From: Acanthaster planci
Taxonomy: Eukaryota
Direction: 5' to 3'
Length of the DNA: 64,000 nucleotides
Assembly (NCBI RefSeq): GCF_001949145.1
Contig: NW_019091361.1
Span: forward strand, 2,238,919-2,302,918
Every line of letters begins with the position of its first letter. Within the stretch, counting starts at the first letter, position 1. Shown here piece by piece: positions 50,803-64,000 of this stretch. Under the pieces are notes generated by a model, which was given only the letters and a program-made list of their open reading frames with translations, searched no databases and was not told the origin of the DNA. Position numbers and translations under genes: made by a program.

Positions 50803-53004
50803 ATGTTGCGAGTCCAGGAGAACTTTGAACCTAACATTAATGTTCGCACTTCCCTGTTGGTGACAGAGAATGCGTCAGCATCCACGCCTTCCACTTCCCA
50901 AGTCGTCGTCGACACAGAGGGGAATGGGTCCATCTCTCTGGAAGTGCCTCAGATTGACCACAGTGACATCAAGAAGCGAACGAGCAGCACTGTGGATCCA
51001 GACAAAGTGGACATTGCCAAGCCCATACGAATCTTGAAGAGGCCTCGTGAGATCAAACTCAAGATCACTGTTGTCTTGCTTTTCTGCCTCATCATTGCAT
51101 CCACCACTTGCATCCTGGTTTTCTACGTGGAAGAGCCGTTGCATTACAAAGTCGGAGATGCCGTCTTCTATGCAGTCTCCCGGGAGTTTGACGTGCACTT
51201 TAATGGGGCCAACATCACCAGGGGCCTCATTGGAAGGAATCTGCCAGACATGTTGCCATCATCTTGTGACCCTTTTGACTCAAGGAACTTATGTTTGGAA
51301 TACACAGACATTGCAAAACTGTTGATTCACTGGGAGCAACTGTCGGGGGTGGACTGCTACAACTTGACCTGGGAGGCATTTTCTCACGACCTGGTCCATC
51401 GAGACTGCTACAGCTTTGAAAATATCCACTGGTATGGAGGGAGTGTGTCAGCCAATCAGCAGTGGCCATTGGAGAAGATGAACCTATCACGTGCGCCATT
51501 TGTGTCAGGCCACAAAGCCAGCAGTTTTGGACCAGTTGTGGAGCGTTTCTGGATTGCCTCACATGGGGTTGGGATAATGGTTAATGATGAGTCACCACTG
51601 TTTGTCAGCATCAATGAAGATGGTCAGAAATTGTGTTTTGAAAGCACATATCACGACTCACCCTTTCCTAACCCCAACGAGGAGCTTCCCAAACTTCAGT
51701 ACACCTTGTGTGCTGCTGTTGACATGCCATCAGTCCACCAAAAGATGACCAACAAGTTCAGTAAGAAGCCTCACGCTTTGCCCCACCAGGCTTTGTCAAA
51801 GAGCCCCATGTGGTCTGTGCCTGCATGCTACAGGGAGAATGCTTTTAACGAGACAATGCTTCTAGAGTTTGCTACTGCTATTTACAACAGCAGTTTGGGG
51901 GCAAAGTCTTTAGAGATCCCTTGTGATTATATGACCAGCGAAGGTGATCTAGCATTCGATGCAATGAGATTCCCTAGTATAGCAACTACTCTGGCACAGA
52001 TCCAGGAGTTTGGCTTGGACGTAGGTGCTAGAGTTACACTGTTCATGAGCACCAACTCCGAGGCCTTTCTAGAAGGTCTCCAGCATCAATATTTAGTTGA
52101 GGACCCCAGATCACAAGTCCCTGGACTCACTAAATGGAAAGAGGGCGTGGCGGGACTTCTAGATGTCACCAGCACTAATGCCACCGCTTGGTTCCGGAGT
52201 CGACTGAAGAGTCTTCAGAGTATGTCTGGGGTTGGTTTCTTTACATTTGACTACGGTCAAGTGAGCTACCTTCCAGTTGAATTCCAAACGGTGGAAGATC
52301 TTCGGAACCCGTGTACTTTCACAGAGCGATACGTTGAACTTGCAAATGAGACTAACAGCCCTGTCATCGTGCGTTCTGCTTTCCAGTCCCAAGACATTCC
52401 GGTCATAATGCAAACCATTCCAAAGACGTCAGTATGGGGTTATGAAAATGGGTTGAAATCTGTCATTCCAACAGCATTAACACTGAGCATTCTCGGGTAT
52501 CCATTCATTATGCCGGATCTTGAGGTAAGGGGGCTGCATTATGACCCATCGTGTTCCAGAGAGTGTCTCCCTAGTAAAGAGTTCCTACTCCGATGGCTTG
52601 GCATTATTTCGTTCCTCCCTGCCATGAAAATTAATATCCCCATCTGGGAGTATGACCAGGAGACTGTCAGCACCACAGACAAGTTCATTAAGTTCCACCA
52701 GGAGACCATCGCTCCTTTGGTGCTTCAGGTTGCCATGGAAGCTGGCAACACAACAGCTGCAGTTATTCGGCCGCTGTGGTGGATAGCATCCACGGACCCT
52801 GTTGCCCAAAGCATAGACTCAGAGTTCTTGATAGGTAACGACATGCTAGTAGCACCTGTGTTAGACCCTGGTCTCCTGAAGCGGCAGGTCTATTTGCCAG
52901 AAGGCAAGTGGGCAGATCAGCTTCATGGGACAACGCTTGACGGTGGTGCATGGGTAGAGGTTGATGCCTTACTAGATCAGGTGCCCTATTTTACCAGGGC
53001 CTGA
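50803..53004 (+). CDS. MYORG-like glycoside hydrolase family 31 type II membrane protein, intronless CDS, probably catalytically inactive
   Basis: 733-aa ORF; TM helix at ~aa 88-108; GH31 motifs HWYGG, ERFWIASHG, FTFDYGQ, LSILGYPFIMPD, IRPLWW, EFLIGNDMLVAPV, VYLPEGKW. An acceptor (tttcttgcag, exon starting ~50619) lies upstream of the ATG. Confidence 0.92.
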   Translation: MLRVQENFEPNINVRTSLLVTENASASTPSTSQVVVDTEGNGSISLEVPQIDHSDIKKRTSSTVDPDKVDIAKPIRILKRPREIKLKITVVLLFCLIIASTTCILVFYVEEPLHYKVGDAVFYAVSREFDVHFNGANITRGLIGRNLPDMLPSSCDPFDSRNLCLEYTDIAKLLIHWEQLSGVDCYNLTWEAFSHDLVHRDCYSFENIHWYGGSVSANQQWPLEKMNLSRAPFVSGHKASSFGPVVERFWIASHGVGIMVNDESPLFVSINEDGQKLCFESTYHDSPFPNPNEELPKLQYTLCAAVDMPSVHQKMTNKFSKKPHALPHQALSKSPMWSVPACYRENAFNETMLLEFATAIYNSSLGAKSLEIPCDYMTSEGDLAFDAMRFPSIATTLAQIQEFGLDVGARVTLFMSTNSEAFLEGLQHQYLVEDPRSQVPGLTKWKEGVAGLLDVTSTNATAWFRSRLKSLQSMSGVGFFTFDYGQVSYLPVEFQTVEDLRNPCTFTERYVELANETNSPVIVRSAFQSQDIPVIMQTIPKTSVWGYENGLKSVIPTALTLSILGYPFIMPDLEVRGLHYDPSCSRECLPSKEFLLRWLGIISFLPAMKINIPIWEYDQETVSTTDKFIKFHQETIAPLVLQVAMEAGNTTAAVIRPLWWIASTDPVAQSIDSEFLIGNDMLVAPVLDPGLLKRQVYLPEGKWADQLHGTTLDGGAWVEVDALLDQVPYFTRA

Positions 53005-53559
53005 AGCAGAATATGATCAAGCCCTGAGTCCATTGTTTTCTGCAAGGCAAGTCGCTGACTTACAATGTATAAGTTCTGTTTAGTTAATGGTTAGATTTGT
53101 GTAAAAAAATGAAGAGATTTTTGAGAATATTGCCTTGTGGGCTAATATTAATGGATATTTGAGAAAAGATGGCTCACTAATGCTTGAGTCATGATTTAAG
53201 TCATTGCATTAGTTAGTGGCTCATCAACCACTGAATTCTCATATTTCAAATGAATTTTGAAATGAATGATTTGACAGTGACTTGCCGAGTCCATTTAGAA
53301 ACCCATCTCAATATATAGAAATGGTGCATGGATTTGTATAAAGAACATGGCCAATTTAATCTTAGGGTGCGTTTGATTAGCGTCCAAGAGTTGAATTTGC
53401 TTGAATTTTGTCCTCATTGTCTTGCTTGTTTGAGACAGTACACATGACCATCCCAGGTCAGGATTGCCCTGTGTAAGCTAATTGAATATGCCCATGATGG
53501 GATACTTAATATGGAAAATATGCACTGCCAGTAGACGTACATGTACATACCAGCACAGC

Positions 53560-53753
53560 CAAGACCATCACAAAACCCTGCAAGTCCATAACAAGTCATC
53601 CAGTATGAAGCTAAGTCACAAGCTACATCTACATGTCTTCAGTTGAACTGTGACAATTGTCATTGTACACCTTATTCGTATACTGGTAACTTGTCTTGTG
53701 AAAGGATTTGTGACTGGACTTTTAAACAGGCTTGTGATGGACCCAGCTACAAC
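53560..53753. mobile_element. MITE, copy 2 (related to 38421-38590)
   Basis: GACCATCACAA ... CTTGTGATGGACCCAGCTACAACA is approximately the reverse complement of TGTTGCAGCTGAGACCATCACAAG at 38421. Confidence 0.6.
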
Positions 53754-56700
53754 ACACGATGGAGTACATGTACTGGTGTTTAAATAGTAGTTGGAATGTC
53801 TGTTATCTTTTACTCAGTCTACTTTTTTGCTTTTTGTCCTTGGTTTTGTTAACTTTTGTTCGTGGTTGGGGGAGGTGGATGTGCAGGCCAATTCAGTAAA
53901 AATCACCAGAAAGGTGATTCAGGCTAGGATAAGCTTAACATGCCACTCTCCTTAACCAACATGAAAGGCCACATGTGTATGTTACTGAACTTATTGAAGC
54001 AATGTGAAATTCTATGTCAGGAGTTACTGTGGCATTCTGTAGTGGCCACTGAGGGATTTCAGAGCTAGATACCAAAATTTTGTGAGAAACCATGTTCAGA
54101 TTCTGGTAGAATCTGTGGCTGCCATTCTATATTAAGTTGAAATAAATTCATGCTGTTTGCACATGCAACAATAGTATTTCAAAACATGGCACTGGACGCT
54201 TCCACAAGTACCCTATTGAGACCTGTGTACTGAGTCTTAAGTTCTTGCTGGAGTCCATGTCAAATACAGACCGATTCAGTTACTCACATTATACATGTAG
54301 AAGCCATTACTTTAGTGGCCCTATTCCTTGAATACCGGTACATGTTAACCCTAACAGTCCCAAATCCTCCGATTTCAGTATGATTTTACATACACCCTAG
54401 GGAATTAGGGTTCTGTTTCGAACCAAATATTAAAGAGTTGCCAAAAGTTGGTGAAATATTTGGTGTGCACAAGATGTACAGTGAAACATGCTACCAGACA
54501 CCTGTTCGAGTATTTGAGACTTGTGTGCCCAGTCTTTTGTTCTGTCTGGGAAGCCATATATACATTGATGCAATGACTGGCATGAAACACCATTACTTTG
54601 ATGGTCCCACGCCTTGAAAGCAAGTACACGTACCTCTTGACCAGGTGGGTATTGTAACTTGCCAATTGTGCCAACGCCACAGGTTTGAGGACCATGGCAT
54701 ACATGCGCGATCTTGGTGCCACTCCAGAAATGGTGTCTCCTGAGATTAAGGCTAGTCATGTGTGGGGTAACGAATGACAGCTACATATTTGCAAGTGTAG
54801 AAATTTCTTTCTACAGTATTCAACGTACATTGAATACTTTGCTTTAAATACTTCATGTCGTACGTTGTGAAGTTGTACAGTAAGAAAGGGTAGCGCTTCC
54901 AATACTGTTGTCAACCATAACGCTGCTGTGACATGTGTACATGTACTATGATAGGTGAATTACTGTGTTCGTTTGTCAACAATATCTTGAAGTTGTTGTT
55001 TCAAACCAGTGAACTGTTGATGTGCAAACCAAATTTCTATTGATACAATATATGTATGTATATTTTTTAAAAAATCAATTTTATGAATATTCTATTCCAT
55101 TCATTAGTTCAGAATAAGCGTATTGGATGTTACTGTACTCGTAGCCCTCTTGAACCAAGATGTTTGTTTACCTTGTTTACATATGCCATGTTCATATACA
55201 TGTATGTAAACAGCTGTTTACAATGTACATAGAAGTTCTCACTGTTCTGTTTCAAAATGGTTGCAAGTGATGAACAGTGTTGGCTCTAGGGTTGAGCTTT
55301 GGAATTAAATGCAAGATTTCTCTGTTACCTTGGTGATGAAATCACAGACTACGAGTACGGTACCTGGTTGAGCTTGCGACCTATAGACGAATAACGTAAT
55401 GACGTCATGCCTCATTTGCATGCTCGCTTCCCTATGGCAGTGAGGTGTGATGTGATCCATCGAGCCCCCGTAGGAAAGTGCACTGGACAAAGTGTGATGT
55501 CATTATGTTGTACATGCAGGTCCTTTGCATTATGATGGATGTGCTAAAAAGGATAAATGTGTTAATCTAGTAACAGGTGCATACTTTGTTGTGAATATTG
55601 TGGATAAATTGCTTTGACTTAACACCTGTAGCATACATGTAACACCAGTGTGTGTGCTAATTAATCTTTTGTACAAAGCACTTTCAAGTGTTCTACATGT
55701 ATCTAGAAACTGTCCAGAAGAAGAATGTACAGAAATGATAATATTTGTTTTTATGCAAGAAATCGTGTCACAATTTTAAAAACTATCAGCATTTAGGGTA
55801 TCTTACATTTGTTTTCTAAATTTTCCACGTCTGTATTTGAAATTTCAATCCACCGCTTAATTGTAAAAGGAAACTTTAAAGTCAGCATAGAATAATTAAT
55901 TGAATTGTTTTCCCACTGTTCTAAATTGTTACTGACCCACTGCTGGTATAGTGAGAAGCCGTTTCAGGTTTCGTCCCAAAGAAACTTGAACACAAGAATG
56001 GTATGCTTGAAATAAATACAGAAACAATAAAGAAAAAAAATACAGAAAGTGCTTGTCTTTTCAAATTGTCATCCCAGGCGTACAGCTTCCTTCGGATCAG
56101 TTTCCCCGTTTTCCCTTGTTTCCCCCTTCTCATATATGACCTGTTACAACAAAATAAGAATAAAGTTGCACTCTGCTGTTACCCAGTTACAATGGAGTAA
56201 TAAACATCAAAGGGATGGTCTATTTGTGTGTGGGGGGTGTAATCTTTGGAACTTGTGAAACTTGTTTCATCTAATTCAAAAACGTTTTAGTGCAACCTGA
56301 AATTTAAGAAAGTAAATTTGAACTGGTCTTTTTGTGTCTGGTCAGAAATGTTGAAAATATGTCAGACAATGAAGTAAAGTCTCACTCTCTCTAGCTTTGT
56401 TGCTGAAGGGGTTTACTTCTATCCAGCGTGCTATGTACTGATGGAAAGCTTCCTGCAGAATTAGAAAATACCGAAATTTCATGTTTCCAATGTGTTGGCT
56501 TTGAGCAGGTCACATAACATTACATTTATATCATTAGCAACACCACAGTGTGGCCAGGTTATCAGGCGTAGAGGTCACTCTTCATCAGATGCCACTATCA
56601 GAGATGGATTTGTGCCAGGTTGCTTGCTTGTACCTGTAATATGACTTGAAGTCGTGGGCCATACAGACAGACTACCTTCAGAGAGCCTCGTGCGTCATTT

Positions 56701-59071
56701 TGTGTACAATATTTTGGGGTTTGGCGAAATCCAAGTACAAATACACAGGATTCACTCTCTTTTGCGAAGTCCTCAACTTTATGTTGCACTGTGGCAGGAA
56801 GCAACATTCACTTGCGGTTAAATTTTAAAAAAGCTCTCACAATATAGTAAAATATGCCTGTGTTGCAAGTGTGTTTTTTAACATTCCAAATGCGTGTATG
56901 TTGATAACTAGATGTATGCATGGGATCACGTGGTAGTCTAAATGTAATAGAGTTAAACAGCGCATGTCAAAAATGAATCGCAATCCGAAGTCATTCGGAC
57001 GTGCGGTATCCAGCAGAGGCGGGGAAAACAGACACCCGCCCACCAAAAGTGGCAACACTTTAACCCGGCACCTTCTTTTGGGGTGAAAGAGACGAGTTCT
57101 TTAACGGAAAAATTGGAGAGTCATTTCAGACAAAAAAATTATCCTCCCCGGCGCCAAAACCCGGATACCCACTGCTTGGTAAAGATGAAGTTCCAAGGGC
57201 CATACACATGTACTTGATTCTTTGATCAATGAATGAACGTGACAGGTTTTTTGCCGATTTGAGATGGAAAAGCATGGTCACGACACCGTCAAAATTAGTA
57301 TTTTGGGATGCCAAGTGTCGTAGAGCTATACAATGAAGTGAAATGTGATTAATAAATGGACCCTCGTCGTTATAGTTGCAGTGACAGATTATAAATGCCG
57401 ACGAGGCATTTGTATGCTTATAGTCGTGTTTTCATTGACTCTAACAGTCGAAATGTACCGTACACTTCATGTAAAAACTTTGCTCAGTGTTTCCTCAAAC
57501 ATGTAACTTGTGTTTGTGATCCTTTCTTTAGATTCGCAGAACATGACCCCTTATACACCGTAAGCATCCAAATTTGGGTCTTTGTGATGGAATCAGCCTT
57601 ATCAATGTGACCTTATGCAGTAATAAATCAAGAGGAGTGCACCCATGCCCCCATTTTGGTTATTAATATTTATCCAGCTACTCCGTAACCTCCAGACTGG
57701 TTATTTAATAACTTTAATGGCACAAACTTATCTTGAAAACGTGCCCTGCTTTACAGATGGGGTTAAACTCCAGTGCCCTCCGCCCTTTTGTAAATACCCC
57801 CCATAAGTACTGGATCCACCACTGTTACTTAGTGACAGAGTTAGCATCTTTCAGTACGGGTGGTCGGGCCTTGTGTCAGTGTTGGATTTCAGGACAGGGT
57901 TCAATTGGTCGTCCATTTCAGCCCCCCCCCCGCACTGGAGATGGCAAACTTGGAAAAAAATGAGTACAATTAACTCTCAAGACCAACATCAAACTTTAAG
58001 TTCATTTTAAGTTTGACAAATGAAACGAAGAGACGCAAATGTTTCTTAATACACGGTGGCTTTAATGTCCCAGTGATAATTCCAGCCTTTTGTCTGTCCA
58101 AGGCTAGGGCATTGACTCGGGATACTGCTCGTAGGCGGAAACGATGGCAAAGGTGATGGCGAAAAGTCGTGGTTTGGACAACTCAAGTTGGCAATTTTTT
58201 TACCGATTTCCTGTTTTTGGTGTACCACCTTTGGTACGAAAATGAACATCGGTTCAATGAAAAAATTGGTGGAGGGGGGGGGGGCTAGATATACCCCCTT
58301 GACATGTTGCCATTTTTTTAAACAACTGAATTCACTTATACTTTCAAAACGATCCCACGGGTACCACCTTCAGGGGTGGGAGAGAGGGCTTTTTAAGGAT
58401 TAAAAAATTGTTATTTAGGGGGAAGAAAACTCACTTTGCCCTCTTCCCCCAACCTGGGTATGAACGCTACTGATATACTCGTCAACAAGCGGTACATATA
58501 CATGTATGTCATACTGATAACCACGCGAGGAGAACAATTGCCAGAGACCTTGAATTCATTCTTAACGCGTCCATCTTCAAAGCAAATAACAGTTACCTAA
58601 CCCGGATTTCTGATTCAAAAAAGAAATTGAGCTCTCACAGTAACCGCACTGTGTATTGGTCGAACCATAAAGCAAGTCAACCAACAAATCACGCATCACT
58701 TTAATGGTCATTGTGCACGTCCATCTTGTGATAAGGGTGAATGGCGGTACGTGTGGATCCTTTTACAATAGGCATCATGAAAGTGTGGGCTGTGCCCATT
58801 GTCGAGGCACCGTGATGCATTGTAAATAAATAGTATTTGTATCTTCACTGCGGCTGTCAAAAACTTAACCTGGATTTCTCGACTTTGATTCCATATCAGA
58901 CACGAGACAAGCCAGCGTACCTGCACTGCACCTTTGCACGTTAGACATAAGTTGCTGTCACTAATGCAGGTTCTGCAGCCGGTGACAGGCGTTTTTTTAA
59001 GCTAGAATATATCTATTCGTCTTCTTTGTCGTCCCATTTTGTCCTCCGTGGTCATCTAGACGACTTTCAGT

Positions 59072-61126
59072 ATGTTAAGCAAACGGAGGATTATAATCGC
59101 CGTCGTAACGGTGGTGTTGCTGTGCGCTGTGGCAGCTGGCGTCATTTGTGCTGTTGTATTCACCGTTGGCCGAGAAGACCCACCCGCAACAACTTCTCCC
59201 ATCTCCCCGCCTGCCATACGGACTGTAGTCGACGTGGAGGCAGCGACCGGGAAAGTTGCCATCAAAAATCTAAAAGGAAACACTGTGTTGAGTGGCACTC
59301 TTGCGGCGAGCTCTCCTACCAACGTGAACGGTCTTGAATGCTTCGCCGAAGGGAATAGGCTCTGTTATGTCTGGAAAGACACAGCAGAGGTCAACATCGA
59401 ATTAGTTGCCTCCGAAGAAAGGGAGGACTCCCCGTTCACTTGTGCGCACATTGTATGGGAGTCGATGGTTGCTGGAGTACCACTGCGGGACTGCTATTCT
59501 CTGAATGGGGCTCACTGGTACGGGAGCGCCGAGATGTTCTACCAGCTGTGGCCGATCGAAAAATGGAACGAAACCACCACCATGTATGTGTCTGGGGACA
59601 TGTACGCAAATTGGCAGGATTACGGATCAGTTCTGGACAGGTATTGGTTGTCATCTCGAGGTGTTGCCATTCGGGCCAGTCATGACACTCCTTTGCACGT
59701 TAGCCTGAATAACGATGACGACAGCATGGTGTGCTTTCAGAGCACCTATGCAAACTCCTACTACCCTAACCCCGAAAATAACTTGCAACGGCTGGACTAC
59801 ACAGTCTGTACGCATGACGACGTACGCCAGGTGCACGATGCGGTTTGGCGCGAAATGGGCCCAAGTGGTGGGAAACCTGAAGGTTTACCAGATGAAAGAA
59901 TGATCAAGTCTCCTATCTGGTCAACGTGGGCGAGATACAAAATCTTCATCAATGACAGTGTGGTGAATGCATACGCAGATGAGATCACGTCAAATGGGTT
60001 CAACAACAGTCAAATAGAAATAGACGATGGGTACTCCTTTAAATACGGAGAATTTGATTTCGATCTGACTAAGTTTCCCAACATGAGAGATACAGTTCAA
60101 AAACTTCATGACAAGGGGTTCCGCGTAACTCTCTGGGTGACCCCGTTTGCTAATACTGACACCGACGCGTATCAGGAAGGTAAAGAGAAAGGTTACTGGG
60201 TAACAAAAAGGGGGCAGGATGAGGGCGTGGTCAAGTGGTGGAATGGCTTGGCCGGGATGCTCGATGTCACCAACCCAGAAGCCGTGGAATGGTTCGTTGG
60301 CAGACTAGAAAAACTTAAACAGGACACTGGGATCGATTCTTTCAAGTTTGATGCTGGAGAAACTAACTACCTTGTCGAAGATTTCCAGACATACTCACCA
60401 TTAGTGAATCCTTCTGAGTATACAAATCTGCACTCCAAGATGGCCGCACGCCTCGGAAGTCAAATCGAGGTCAGAGCGGCCTTTGAGAATCAAAATCTTC
60501 CTATCTTTGTCAGGATGATGGACAAGGATTCTCGCTGGGGCTGGGATAACGGACTGAAGACCCTCATAACCACGGCGCTAACATTCAGCGTGCTGGGCTA
60601 TCCTTACATCCTCCCGGACATGATTGGTGGCAATTCCTACGAGACTGAATTCCACGGACTTGAAGTGCCGCCGCGGGAGCTCTACATACGCTGGCTGGAG
60701 ATTACTGCTTTCATGCCGGCTATGCAGTTTTCCATTTCACCCTGGCAGTACGATGACGAAGTGGTGAGAATCTCCAGGAAGTGGGTGTCCTTTCATGAGA
60801 ACTTCATCACGCCGAAATTGCTAGATATCGCCCGGTCTGAGACCATCGTGAAGCCCGGTCAGCCGCTGTTAAGACCCTTATGGTGGATCGCACCAACTGA
60901 TGAAGTCTCTCTCAAGATAGACACCGAGTTTCTGGTTGGGGATGACCTGCTGGTAGCTCCCATCGTCAATAACGCTACATACTCCAGAGATATATACCTC
61001 CCTCCAGCCGATGGTCTTTGGAAATACATGCCACAAGGAAATACTTTGGAAGGTGGGCAGTGGCTGATCGATGTGCCGGTTCCTCTTGATGAGGCAGCTT
61101 ACTTTATCCTCGAAAAATTCAGTTAA
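59072..61126 (+). CDS. MYORG: Myogenesis-regulating glycosidase-like (GH31), type II membrane, intronless CDS
   Basis: 684-aa ORF; N-terminal signal anchor; PIWSTWARYK, IEIDD, FKFDAGE (nucleophile D427), VRMMDKDS (acid/base D484), LPDMIGGN, LRPLWW, FLVGDDLLVAP. Confidence 0.95.
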   Translation: MLSKRRIIIAVVTVVLLCAVAAGVICAVVFTVGREDPPATTSPISPPAIRTVVDVEAATGKVAIKNLKGNTVLSGTLAASSPTNVNGLECFAEGNRLCYVWKDTAEVNIELVASEEREDSPFTCAHIVWESMVAGVPLRDCYSLNGAHWYGSAEMFYQLWPIEKWNETTTMYVSGDMYANWQDYGSVLDRYWLSSRGVAIRASHDTPLHVSLNNDDDSMVCFQSTYANSYYPNPENNLQRLDYTVCTHDDVRQVHDAVWREMGPSGGKPEGLPDERMIKSPIWSTWARYKIFINDSVVNAYADEITSNGFNNSQIEIDDGYSFKYGEFDFDLTKFPNMRDTVQKLHDKGFRVTLWVTPFANTDTDAYQEGKEKGYWVTKRGQDEGVVKWWNGLAGMLDVTNPEAVEWFVGRLEKLKQDTGIDSFKFDAGETNYLVEDFQTYSPLVNPSEYTNLHSKMAARLGSQIEVRAAFENQNLPIFVRMMDKDSRWGWDNGLKTLITTALTFSVLGYPYILPDMIGGNSYETEFHGLEVPPRELYIRWLEITAFMPAMQFSISPWQYDDEVVRISRKWVSFHENFITPKLLDIARSETIVKPGQPLLRPLWWIAPTDEVSLKIDTEFLVGDDLLVAPIVNNATYSRDIYLPPADGLWKYMPQGNTLEGGQWLIDVPVPLDEAAYFILEKFS

Positions 61127-64000
61127 CTGAAATATTGATGCTAAAATTAATATTTCAGAATCCATATTTACGTGGCCTATATTCTTGGATGCCCATTACT
61201 TAACATTAGTCCTGTGAATTGCCCAATTAAATTAACACAAAAGTACATGGATGTCTCTGAATGGTTTACAGTGAGCCTTATCCTGACACTGAGGGTGCCT
61301 TTATCTGCGGTATATTATCTGTACACAAGTAATAATTCGGGAGCAAGTCCAATCTAAGACCATAGTTAAACATAGTTCGACTAATTCTCATCAAATGCAC
61401 GCTAGTCGACGCTGGTATACCAGCGTACCAAAGTTGGTCGTGTTGTTGGTTGCCATAGCCATTTTTAATAACACAGTGTAGAAAGAAAAAGTGGCGGAAA
61501 ACAGAACATATAAGTTCGTCACCAGTAAAGGATAATTTTCACTTTTATTTGTTATAGTTTGCCCTTCCTATTGCCACCATTTTCCCCACGGGCCTAAAGG
61601 ACTGGCAACGGTTAACTACAGTCATTTGCACTAAAACTGCGAATGCGCTCGGTGCGTCACGAACCAACCACAAGTTAACAGCTGGTCCTAGATTGAATTT
61701 GTTCCAATTAATTTTCAGAAATCGATTATGTCTGATTGGTTAAAAATAAGATCGCACCGACAAAATCAACAAAGAAGCACATAGCACTGACCTCTGGCAG
61801 TAAGACTTCTTGCAACTATGGATGATGAGGTTGCTCAGAAGCTGAATTGTTCCTGATCTTACGTCAATGATTTGCTTATACATATAGATACTTATAGTAG
61901 CATCATCAATATATTCCAAAAATCCCTGGAATTGTTGTTAGAAAGGACTTGCTCACTGCACGTTTCAGAGATTCAGTTCAACAGATTTAGTCGTGCACGC
62001 CCTTCAAAGTTGTTATTTACTTTTCAGTTCCACCCCCCTTCGTTGTCATTAAAACTTAAACCTTATTTATATTGGTCAGTGATGGCAAGCCATTCTGAAG
62101 GAAATCGATGAATATCTCAAACGTACTGCATACTGTGTATATATTGAATGGCATTAATTTTAATCTTGATTTTGAACATTGCAACTATATCTCGTACAAC
62201 ACAGCAGAAACATCAACACCATCATAGGTATAGTGGTGCTGCAGTGATAATCACCTAAAATTAATGTATAAGCCTTAACTAGAAAATAAAAAGATATAAT
62301 TGCAAATTCCAGCGTTAATTGTTAAACGTGCATTAAAGATGATTGACTGTGTTTCACGGTTAATTGCAAATGCTGTTTCTATTTGTCAATTTATGTTTCC
62401 CCACTAACCTCAAACGTCTAGTCTCTATAGAATGTCCCGACTCTTATAAAGTTGTATTTATTTCCCCCTTGTGTACTGTTAGCAAGGAGTTCATATATAG
62501 CTGCACGAAACATGACCTTTCTCAATGATCATCGTATGATGTGCCAAAAATAGTGGACTCTTTGTGAAGATATAAAACGTTCTTCAAGCTAGGTTCATCA
62601 CGATGAACGTACAGCGAAGTATTTTTGGTAGGTCACTATTTGTTTTTCCTTTCACGAACTCGGCAGTGCAAATTGACGCAGTAAAGCACTTAAGCACATG
62701 ATCAAAGAATAAGAGAAAAGGATAAGATAATTAAACACAACTGTGAGATACATTGACATGGGCATAAATTCTGGGTTTATGGATACGGCGCATGCTTTAT
62801 CAGTACAATCCTTGCCAAGTGACTAGCCGCGGATGAGACCTTGTAGTTATTTAGTCCCCTCCATTTTTAAATATGGTTACATGCATAACCACGACTGGGA
62901 TAAAACAAAAAAAAATAGGCTCTCACTTGTTCAACCGAGCATTATCAGATTCGGGCTGCCTGCAATCTGAATATGTCGTTTAGGGCTTGGTCAGTTTCTT
63001 CTCCCGTCGAAAATACACAGGGCACACTGAAAACAGCCGCCGCAGCTCTGTATGGAAGCCTGACGGTTTCGGGCATGGCTTGAGAATCGGTTCACGGTAT
63101 CTTCTCCGTCGGATCACGCTCTGCTTTCGTACCATGGTTCTACGCACTCTCAAATCTTGATAAAGAAAAATGCCCCTGGTTTTACGAATTGTCCAGAAAA
63201 TCCCCTGTCAAAAAGTGGAGTAAAGTATTACAGATAAATCTTGATCATGAAGAAAAGTAGTTGCACTACCGTGAAACGTTAGTGAGGTTTGATAAAGTTT
63301 TCATTCAATTTACTCTTGATCATGGCTGAATTGGAAAGTTCAAGGTTACCTTATAATAGGCGTTAGTTATGTTTCCCAACACAAACAGAGGAGAGATGTC
63401 CAAATGGCTCAACCTGTCAAAAACCTGGTTTTTCTGGTCTATGCCTATAGTTTATGCATGTACATGACCCCAGCTGAGCTCCCGCCCGGTATTTACGTCC
63501 CCTTGTAGGCCCCCTATACGATGAAATGTATTGCCTGGGAAGCATCTACCTCCATGGTATACGTTACAACTTCATACTATACATGTACAGTACATGAAGG
63601 ATACATGTACATGTACTTAAAGTTCTCGGTTACAAGCTTCGACCGAAGGTAAGTCGAAACAAATACATGTACAGGACTGCAAACATTTTAGTACGATGTG
63701 CTTGAGGAAAATAAATTGTCACCAGCCTTAAATATCCACAGTATCCTTCGCCCTTCCCGCCTTGTTGAAGAGAACAGCAGTTAAACGCACATTTCCGCGC
63801 TTGCACGTGGTATGCATTGAGATCGGGTGGTTGACCTTCGATCTAGTTTGAGTCATCATGTTGATTCAGATTACCGTACCACGGCCTCGGTGACCGAAGA
63901 ACGCTGAGTTACACCGCAGCCCGGTAGTTCTACACGCCGTGCATAATTACATGTCTTCATAGCTTGCACCTCCTGACCCACTGGAGGTGAAGGTTCGTTA

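Overview
Eukaryotic animal genomic DNA, probably a marine invertebrate: AT-rich introns, abundant TACATGTA/(TACATG)n microsatellites and two N gaps. The main gene is ZFR (zinc finger RNA-binding protein: three C2H2 dsRNA-binding fingers plus a DZF domain) on the minus strand. I reconstructed it by hand as 20 GT-AG, phase-consistent coding exons from 44481 to 22111 (2991 nt, 996 aa). Divergent from it are two tandem GH31 MYORG-like genes with intronless CDSs. The second (59072-61126) keeps both catalytic Asp residues; the first (50803-53004) has lost the acid/base Asp and looks like a pseudoenzyme. Positions 1-20000 contain no recognisable protein-coding exons. The most striking observation is in ZFR intron 14: a long-range RNA duplex of about nine colinear helices (27368-27515 paired with 26805-26986). 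It is rich in G-U pairs, folds fully only on the transcribed strand, and covers an alternative 3' splice site/poison exon whose use creates a premature stop. This suggests a dsRNA-dependent autoregulatory AS-NMD switch in a dsRNA-binding splicing factor. Also present are a candidate 12-nt microexon, a tRNA-derived SINE, piggyBac-, Tc1/pogo- and hAT-like MITEs, and several hairpins.
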